A stretch of 64,000 nucleotides of DNA from Candidatus Latescibacterota bacterium. GTDB taxonomy: Bacteria; Latescibacterota; UBA2968; GCA-2709665. The notes under the pieces were generated by a model that saw only the letters and a program-made list of their open reading frames with translations, was not told where the DNA came from and made no database searches. Shown here piece by piece: positions 57,392-64,000 of this stretch. Position 1 is the first letter of the stretch; every line of letters begins with the position of its first letter. The stretch spans positions 3,264,001 through 3,328,000 of the forward strand of contig OZ244744.1 in assembly GCA_965219455.1 (NCBI GenBank). The letters are read 5' to 3'. The position numbers were made by a program, and so were the translations under genes.

Positions 57392-58108
57392 CTATTTCCT
57401 GAAATAAAACCGGATGCCTCCGCGCGCATTCAGGAACTGCATGGGAAAGGTCTGGCCGTCGAGGTCCCACGCCTCCATAGGCCTTAACTCGCCCAGCAGG
57501 AGATTGTATCGGGCGCGTACATCCAGCGAAATGTTGTCGAACACAAACGCCTCGACACCCACGCCCACGTTCGCCCCCAGCGCCGTGCGCGAATCGCTGA
57601 AAGGGTCTATCACCAGCTCCTTGTTTATTGGCGCCTCGCGCTGGCCGGGAAAGATCAGGCCGCGCACATCCGTCTTGTAGTCGTAAAACCCGGCGCCGAC
57701 GGTTACGTACGTGGAATAGTTCTCTTTGGCCAGGATTCCCTTGCCTCCCCGCCGGACCACGGCATTCACGAGGAAGCTGCTGATCCGCATCTCGCTCACC
57801 GCATTGGGGGACATATAGTCCTTCTGGTCCACGGGCCAGGTAAACGGGCGGTTCTCGAGTGCTCCATTGTCGAATTTGGACCGGTGAAACTCCATCTCCA
57901 CGCTGGTCCTCTGGCTCATAACGTAGGTGAACACGACCCCGACCTCGCCACGGCCGGTTTCGTACCAGTCTTTCAGCTTGAAGATCGACCGGTTATAATC
58001 CAGGAACGTCCCGAGGCCCCAACTGCCGGCCACACCGCCGCCGTAGACCGTTCCCGCCGAGAGCAGCAGCAAAGCCGCTGCCATACATACCAGCACACCG
58101 TTACGCAT
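57392..58108 (-). CDS. Outer-membrane beta-barrel protein (OmpA/OmpW-like, about 8 strands)
   Basis: Signal peptide, Y.TVGAGFY, GANVGVGVE, GIRFYF end. AGGAGG SD. Confidence 0.8.
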   Translation of the reverse strand: MRNGVLVCMAAALLLLSAGTVYGGGVAGSWGLGTFLDYNRSIFKLKDWYETGRGEVGVVFTYVMSQRTSVEMEFHRSKFDNGALENRPFTWPVDQKDYMSPNAVSEMRISSFLVNAVVRRGGKGILAKENYSTYVTVGAGFYDYKTDVRGLIFPGQREAPINKELVIDPFSDSRTALGANVGVGVEAFVFDNISLDVRARYNLLLGELRPMEAWDLDGQTFPMQFLNARGGIRFYFRK

Positions 58109-58363
58109 ATACAACCTCCTTATTATTCGGATGCCTCAAGTGACATCCGGCCCCGCGGTTCCTCCTCGTTAATCATTCGTCCAATCTCGTCGGACCATCA
58201 CCTCCTCGCAGTGTCCCGCCCCAGAAATATGTTACCATTCATCCGCCTGTCTGCGCCAAACAACGCGCGGCAGGCAGGTCTCGATGCGTTGTTTACACTG
58301 AGCCTGTCGAAGTGCCCTCGTTCGCCGACCTTGCGCAGCTCGCCTCGCTCAGGCGCCTGGCTT

Positions 58364-59128
58364 TCATGGATGGCCTGCGTGACCGTTTTTTCCCTCCAGA
58401 GCGAGGATCAGCGCGCGGACGCTGGCCATCTGGCTGTACATGATTGCCGTTGCCTTCGCGCCGTCGCGGTCGGTAATCGCGTTGACAATGGCGCGATGTT
58501 CCGAGATGGCAATCCTTCCGGAATCTCGAGCAGACAGTCGCTCGCCGAATACCGGAATGTCTATGTCGTAGGCTTTCAGTCGCAACGCCTCCGTAATGAG
58601 GTCTGCACATCGTTGCAGCACCGGGTTGTGCGTTGCCCGCAACACGGCGCGATGAAAGCGAATTTCGTACGCCATCATACCCTGATCGAAGTCCAGCGCC
58701 TTGAAGTCGGCAATCTCACTCAGATCCGCCAGGTCTTCTTCCGTCGCATTTTCGGCCGCCATGCCGGCCGCCGCCATCTCGACGGAAATGCGCAGCGCAT
58801 AAATGTCCGTGCGGTTGGAGATGGACGGGAAAACATCGAGATGGCCGTTTTCGAGAGGGCTGATGTCCACGGTTCTGACAAATGTGCCGCGCCCCTGCTG
58901 CCTTGTAACGACGCCTTCACCGACAAGAACCGCCAGAGCCTCGCGAACGACCCGATAGCTGACGCCCAGATTGGCTGCCAGGATCCGTTCGGGCGGCAGC
59001 CGATCGCCTTTTTCGAGCTTTTCAACAAAAATGAATCGTCTGAGAATTGTGACAACCTGATCTGCCAGGGTTTCCCTGGAGACCGGTTTCAATTCGTCCA
59101 TATTGACAGACGGTTTCACTTCTGGCAT
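58364..59128 (-). CDS. GntR/FadR family transcriptional regulator
   Basis: GDRLPPER.LA..LGVS..VVREAL..L...G......GRGTFV, and FCD domain FHRAV..AT.N...EHRAI. Confidence 0.93.
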   Translation of the reverse strand: MPEVKPSVNMDELKPVSRETLADQVVTILRRFIFVEKLEKGDRLPPERILAANLGVSYRVVREALAVLVGEGVVTRQQGRGTFVRTVDISPLENGHLDVFPSISNRTDIYALRISVEMAAAGMAAENATEEDLADLSEIADFKALDFDQGMMAYEIRFHRAVLRATHNPVLQRCADLITEALRLKAYDIDIPVFGERLSARDSGRIAISEHRAIVNAITDRDGAKATAIMYSQMASVRALILALEGKNGHAGHP

Positions 59129-59137
59129 AATGAGAGC

Positions 59138-59165
59138 AATTTATCAATGACATTGGCTTTGTCAA
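59138..59165 (-). promoter_or_regulatory. gntR promoter with palindromic operator candidate
   Basis: Minus strand TTGACA, 16 nt, TAAATT, with ATG 9 nt downstream. CAATGACATTG palindrome (59145-59155) lies in the spacer. Confidence 0.55.
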
Positions 59166-59241
59166 GTGATTTTCAGCCGGGCCATAAAGAAAAATTCCAC
59201 GTTACGACCCCGGAACGATAACGAAAATGAGTCTGATGTCG

Positions 59242-60039
59242 CTAACCGTCGATATATCCCTTCAGCAAGCGCGCCGTTTCCGACGCCACGTGAGAGAGGT
59301 CATCGTCCCTGGAATACGGCTCGAGGACGTTGACGTAACCCATATATCCAATGATCTTCAGATCCGAAATGAATTGCGGGATGTCCAGATGATCCTCGTC
59401 GCACAGGTACACCCTGCGGAACGTCGGCGTGGACTTTCTGTAGTACCTGCGGATGGTCTGATCGCCCTGGTGCAGCACGCCGCCCTGTACGTTGACAATG
59501 CAAAGCAGGTCTTTTACCTGTTCAAGGGTGGCCAGGCCGTAGTCCTGTTCCGCCATATGGATATTCAGGGGATCGATATTCAGTCCGAGATTCGGGCGGT
59601 CAACCTTCCTTATGAAGTCGCGGGCGCGAAGAATATTCTCAAACTGGCTATTAACGTGGCACGCGATAACAAGCGTGATTTCCTGCCGCGCGGCCAGGTC
59701 GCACCATTCGCGGATCAGTTCGATATCCGTCGGATATCCGATCATCAGCTGGTCCAGTTCGACCCGCCGCAGGAATGCCAGTTTCTTTCCGGTCAGATCC
59801 GCGTCGAACGACGCGGAGTCCAGCCGTCCCCAGAGCATACTGCAGCCCAGCCCGTTTTCGACAAAGAGGGCTTCCAGTTCATCGAAGCGTTCCTCCCTGA
59901 AGAGGTGATCGATCTGCCCGTCCCGCAAATGCACCCCCTGATAGCCCGCTTCCACGGTAAGCTGCAGGAATTCGTCCACCGTCATCGCATAGGATTGTTT
60001 CGTCATTTCAATCAGTCGACCGGACAGCGAAAGCTTCAT
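59242..60039 (-). CDS. Sugar phosphate isomerase/epimerase (xylose-isomerase-like TIM barrel)
   Basis: EAGYQGVHL, PNLGLNIDP.N, GY.GYV.VLE. Confidence 0.8.
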   Translation of the reverse strand: MKLSLSGRLIEMTKQSYAMTVDEFLQLTVEAGYQGVHLRDGQIDHLFREERFDELEALFVENGLGCSMLWGRLDSASFDADLTGKKLAFLRRVELDQLMIGYPTDIELIREWCDLAARQEITLVIACHVNSQFENILRARDFIRKVDRPNLGLNIDPLNIHMAEQDYGLATLEQVKDLLCIVNVQGGVLHQGDQTIRRYYRKSTPTFRRVYLCDEDHLDIPQFISDLKIIGYMGYVNVLEPYSRDDDLSHVASETARLLKGYIDG

Positions 60040-60064
60040 CGGATCCTCCTGAAATGAACGGAAA

Positions 60065-61057
60065 TCAAAACGTGTTTCTCACGCGGACGGGTTTGCCGGT
60101 CTCGATGGATTCCCCTCCGGCGATGCACGTCGCCGCGGATTTCGCGCCGTCCCGCACGTCGATCATCGGCCTTTTGTCGTTCAGAATACAATCCACGAAA
60201 TGCGCCATCTCTTCCCCGAACGTGGGGTGCTCGGCAAGAATCGTTATCGGCAACCGGATAAAATCCTCGAGTTCCTCGACTTTGCTGAGATACAACCTGT
60301 CGTTGATCGCGGTGCCTCTGGTTCCGTAAATCGCAAGATTCAACTCGTAGGGCCGCTGACATCCCAGAAACGCGGCCATCTTTCCCAGGCATCCGTTCTC
60401 AAACCTGAAATTCATCAGGAAAGCGTCGTCGTGGGGGAAGTCGGCGAGCACCTTATGGTTGGAAATCGCGAATACTTCATCGATATCTCCCACGATCCAT
60501 CGAAGGAGATCGATGGGGTGCACGCCGCCGCCCATCAGTCCGAAGTGCGGATTCTTGTCGTCGGCCCACCAGTCCTTGATACGTTTCCCGACGTTGTGCA
60601 GGTAGTCCGCCTCGGCGTAGAAGGCCTCTCCCAGTTCTCCCTCGTCGTACAGGCGTTTAATGGTCTTGCAAATCGGATTGAACCGCGCGCTCTGACCCAC
60701 CATGAATTTGAGCGAGGGTTTTGTATCGGCCGTCTGCACGATCCGCTCGCAGTCTTCCAGCGTGGTCGCCAGGGGTTTCTCGCAGATCACGTGTTTATCG
60801 GCTTCGAGCGCCGCCACCGCCTGTTCGGCGTGCGCGTCGTTGGGACTGCACAGGGAAACGATATCGATGTCGTCGCGTTCCAGCATCGATTCGTAGCTCG
60901 AGGCAAACAGAGCTTCCGGACCCGGAAAGAGGTCGAGTCTGCTTCGGCTGGGCGCCCAGACCGCCCGAACTGCAGCGTGGGGATTCTCCTCGAATGCCGT
61001 GAAATGTTCCCGTCCCGCGTGTCCGATGCCCACAATCCCTACGCCCAGTTTTTCCAT
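60065..61057 (-). CDS. Gfo/Idh/MocA family oxidoreductase
   Basis: GIVGIG, HVICEKPLA, GVHPIDL. Confidence 0.93.
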   Translation of the reverse strand: MEKLGVGIVGIGHAGREHFTAFEENPHAAVRAVWAPSRSRLDLFPGPEALFASSYESMLERDDIDIVSLCSPNDAHAEQAVAALEADKHVICEKPLATTLEDCERIVQTADTKPSLKFMVGQSARFNPICKTIKRLYDEGELGEAFYAEADYLHNVGKRIKDWWADDKNPHFGLMGGGVHPIDLLRWIVGDIDEVFAISNHKVLADFPHDDAFLMNFRFENGCLGKMAAFLGCQRPYELNLAIYGTRGTAINDRLYLSKVEELEDFIRLPITILAEHPTFGEEMAHFVDCILNDKRPMIDVRDGAKSAATCIAGGESIETGKPVRVRNTF

Positions 61058-61135
61058 TGCAAGCCCTCCTCGGCAGCTTACGTAATCCGATCGCGATTCT
61101 GCCGCGTCTGTTCCCCGCACCATTCGACACCCGGC

Positions 61136-61981
61136 TTACCCTTCGACTTCGCTCAGCAATGCCAGGAGATTGGCCCCTTCGATCCGCTCCCGATCCCCGT
61201 CCGTCAGGAAGGGCATCTTCGAAAACAGGTCGTACGTCTGTGGAAACGTCAGCGAATCCAGGCAAGGCGAATAATCCGACGCCCAGAGCAAGCGACCAAC
61301 GCCGAAGGCGTCCAGCAGCGCCTCCACGTACGGCCAGGCCGCGCGGTGCGGGTAGTCGTGGCCCGGATCGGTCAACGCGTAAAATCCGCTCAGCTTCACC
61401 CGCGTCTGGGGAAACCCGGCAAGCGCCAGCACGCTGGCCATCGCGGATTGCGCCTCCTCGGGGTCGGGCGCGCGGGCCTGTTTTGGCGGCAGGCCCAGGT
61501 GGGACACGACGAGGCGCAACCCCGGATGCCGCCGGAGGACCTCCTGCCAGGCGTTCCAGTCGTCGCCCTTTGAATTCACACTCACGAGCCAACGCCTGGA
61601 CGCCAGCCAGGCCCAGACGTCATCCGATATGCGCAGGAGCGCGTCCACTCGTTCCTGCCCGAAAATATAGAAACTCAACCCCACGAATCCGTGTGCCTGC
61701 AATCGCGTCAACTCGTCTGTTGTGGGCGGTTCGGCGGCATCGAAATAGGCCGCGGGATGCACCCAGTCGTACTCGGCCACCATTTCCGTAAGAAAACGCG
61801 TATTCTCCGCCGCCCACGGAACGTCCGCGTACCCTACAATCAGCGCGGCCTTCACCCCGTGGTCGTTCGCCAGCGATGCGTAAACAACGGCTTCATCGAT
61901 GGGCCGGCCCAGCCGCTTCATAAAGGAATCCTGGAAGCCTCCCTCAAACAGATGAATATGCGCGTCGGCTCGTTCGGACAT
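61136..61981 (-). CDS. Amidohydrolase_2 family protein (lactonase-like)
   Basis: DAHIH, SHLGLP, VKLSG, FG..RLLWASDYSP. Confidence 0.9.
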   Translation of the reverse strand: MSERADAHIHLFEGGFQDSFMKRLGRPIDEAVVYASLANDHGVKAALIVGYADVPWAAENTRFLTEMVAEYDWVHPAAYFDAAEPPTTDELTRLQAHGFVGLSFYIFGQERVDALLRISDDVWAWLASRRWLVSVNSKGDDWNAWQEVLRRHPGLRLVVSHLGLPPKQARAPDPEEAQSAMASVLALAGFPQTRVKLSGFYALTDPGHDYPHRAAWPYVEALLDAFGVGRLLWASDYSPCLDSLTFPQTYDLFSKMPFLTDGDRERIEGANLLALLSEVEG

Positions 61982-62564
61982 TGTTCGATCCCTCCGTTTT
62001 TGGAACACCTTAAGTCATAAGCCGAAACTGACATGGATGAACAGGATGGACTGGATAAATACAGCTATCAGCAATCAGTGGTCAGCCGTCAGCTTGAATC
62101 AAGATCCAAATCCGTTAACGTCAGCGCGGTGGAGCGGTAAGCCCGGAAACGGCTCTGACCTCTCCCCGCGGCAATCGAAAAGCAGCGATCAGCACACAGC
62201 CGTCAGTTAGAATCAAAACCAAGAATCAAACTCAACGTCCACATCTCCCCAAATTCCCTGCCTACGGCGTGTTCCTTTTGAAGCGACCAAAAGGAACCAA
62301 AAGTCGCCGCTGGGCGCGGGGCCTGCCATATGCATGGCGCGAATACCCTTGCGGGACTCACCTGATCCGCTGTCCTGCCAACCCCGGAGGATACCGTAAA
62401 TTCGTGCGGGACGGAACAACGCGCCCTGCTCTGTCAGTGCTCTGGAATGGCATCTCGTTAGACAACTGAATGGCTATCTGAGAGCGAGCGATGTGGCCTG
62501 GCGAAGTTAATCCGCGATTCGCCCGCTACAACGTGGGCGCCCGACCGCGGCGTTTCTCGTACCA

Positions 62565-64000
62565 TTACTCCCAGAGCAGTTCAACGGCCAGGAAGTCCCG
62601 GTCGCCGGGCATCGTGACCGGCAGCCTCACGATCTGCCCGTCGACTTCCGCGGAGGTCATCAGATCCGTTCCTGAATATATATCCACAAGTGTCGTGGCT
62701 GCCGCCCCTTCCGGAACCCGCATTACCAGGTTGGTCTCGTAAGCCAACCCCAGATAGTTGAATAGAAGACAGACGAGACAACCGTCTCCCACCATAGGGA
62801 ACAGTTCCATCGTCGGCACGTCGCGGCGGTCCCAGGGGCGCAGGTCTCCATAATCGTTTTTTGGAGGATACGGCCACAGCCTGGCCGCGGGCGCTTCTTC
62901 GGACAACCAGGCCAGCGCGTTCCGCAGAAGCGTCATCCCACCGGTTGGGGTGCGGACCGCGCCGTGATCGCCGGGTTCCACGTAGTTGAATAGCGGCGTA
63001 CCCGCCATCCAGATCTCGCGTCGACCGGCGGACTCGCTCGCTACAAGCGCCGGGCGTCCGTCCACTTGGGCGATTGTCTCTCCTTCGAGACCGGGTTCCA
63101 TAAACGCCGAACCCAGCATGATGGGCGCGTCGATGCCCTCCAGAACCGGGTGACCGGAAACGACCGGCTTCAACTCTGAAAGCCCGGCCGCATCGCCGGG
63201 CGGGGGTGGATACGCGCCTTCGCCGGACCAGTCGCCGGCCGGCATACGTCCCACCCAGAGCAGCCCGTCGCCCCGCCTCGCGCGCACGTCCAGAACGGCG
63301 CGCTGTTCCCGCGTGAGACAGTGGGTCTCCGGCAGAATCACCGGGCCGCTCAACGCCCCGTCCGCATCCGGAAGCCGCCGGTCGAAAACCCATCGCCAGG
63401 GCAGCCCGACCTGGTTCATCACGTCCGGCCAAATCGCCAGGACCTCCCGCCCCCAGTGTTTTTCGGGATACCCGTAGATTTCCGTCTGGGAAGGCTTGAT
63501 CAACGTGGCGGCGCTATAGGGGCGGGTCTTTTCAAAATACGGGATCAGCCGCGAGGCCTCCTTCAGCCCGTCGTAGTACCCCGGAATGATCTGGCAAAGA
63601 TCGAACGTATAGGGCGAGATATTCTCCGCGCCCAGCGCGAATGGAACCGCCCCGGCCATGAACCCGTCCCGGCGCGTCAGCTCCAGGCTTCCGGACGGCG
63701 GCATGAAACCCTGGGGATAGATGAACAGGGAACGCCCGACGGTCGCTCCGGCCAGCGCGCGCGTCGCCTCCGCCTGAATGCGGCGCATGGGACGATAGGT
63801 AAAATGGGAATAGTGAATGTGGTGGTACGGGTCGGTGCACAGTACGTCCATGGCCTCCGCGTCGCGAGACAGGTCGATGCCGGACAGCCACGGGTTGTCG
63901 TTGAAGGTCACCACTTTCGGCGAATGCTGGATGCCCACGACCACGTCGGGGCGCACCTTCTTGATTTCCTCGCGAAAATAGGCGTGAACCGCGGTCCAGG
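62565..64000 (-). CDS. GH42-like protein, 5'-truncated by window edge (close paralogue of 33466..35481)
   Basis: Shared blocks VLCTDPYHH..SHFTYRP, LTRRDGFMAGAVP, DLRPWDRRDVPTMELFPM.GDGCLVCL.FNY. Confidence 0.65.
   Translation of the reverse strand, partial: WTAVHAYFREEIKKVRPDVVVGIQHSPKVVTFNDNPWLSGIDLSRDAEAMDVLCTDPYHHIHYSHFTYRPMRRIQAEATRALAGATVGRSLFIYPQGFMPPSGSLELTRRDGFMAGAVPFALGAENISPYTFDLCQIIPGYYDGLKEASRLIPYFEKTRPYSAATLIKPSQTEIYGYPEKHWGREVLAIWPDVMNQVGLPWRWVFDRRLPDADGALSGPVILPETHCLTREQRAVLDVRARRGDGLLWVGRMPAGDWSGEGAYPPPPGDAAGLSELKPVVSGHPVLEGIDAPIMLGSAFMEPGLEGETIAQVDGRPALVASESAGRREIWMAGTPLFNYVEPGDHGAVRTPTGGMTLLRNALAWLSEEAPAARLWPYPPKNDYGDLRPWDRRDVPTMELFPMVGDGCLVCLLFNYLGLAYETNLVMRVPEGAAATTLVDIYSGTDLMTSAEVDGQIVRLPVTMPGDRDFLAVELLWE

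Noticed and set aside
1-64000. CRISPR array, tRNA, rRNA, DGR or retron
   Set aside because: No regularly spaced repeats, no cloverleaf or rRNA-like sequence, and no reverse transcriptase found by eye.

Overview
GC-rich bacterial accessory region. The PorV/T9SS-type C-terminal-domain genes, DUF4838, DUF6785-type transporter and expanded PhyH and glycosidase-like paralogues suggest a non-Bacteroidetes FCB-group organism (Latescibacterota/KSB1/Gemmatimonadota-like; this is inference). Most of the window is a minus-strand catabolic island. From right to left it carries a GH42-like protein, amidohydrolase, Gfo/Idh/MocA, TIM-barrel isomerase and GntR regulator. Next comes an OMP barrel / TonB-dependent receptor / T9SS-CTD surface protein / PorV cassette. 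It is followed by a PLP enzyme, several five-bladed propellers, a DUF6785-type membrane protein, PhyH dioxygenases (two with a non-canonical HxG motif), DUF4838, a sialidase, C45 Ntn-hydrolases, CocE, GH113 and a metallophosphoesterase. Interspersed are six toxin-antitoxin-type modules (HipA-like/HIRAN, PBECR-like/DUF2283, VapBC, orphan RelB, AbiE, HicAB), an intact ClaI/BseCI-like type II R-M pair, and a heavily deleted type I R-M/MADS-like defence island in which only an AlbA_2/HATPase gene stays intact. Several REP/MITE-like repeats are present. No rRNA, tRNA, CRISPR array or transposase was seen. All family calls come from motif recognition by eye, not database searches.
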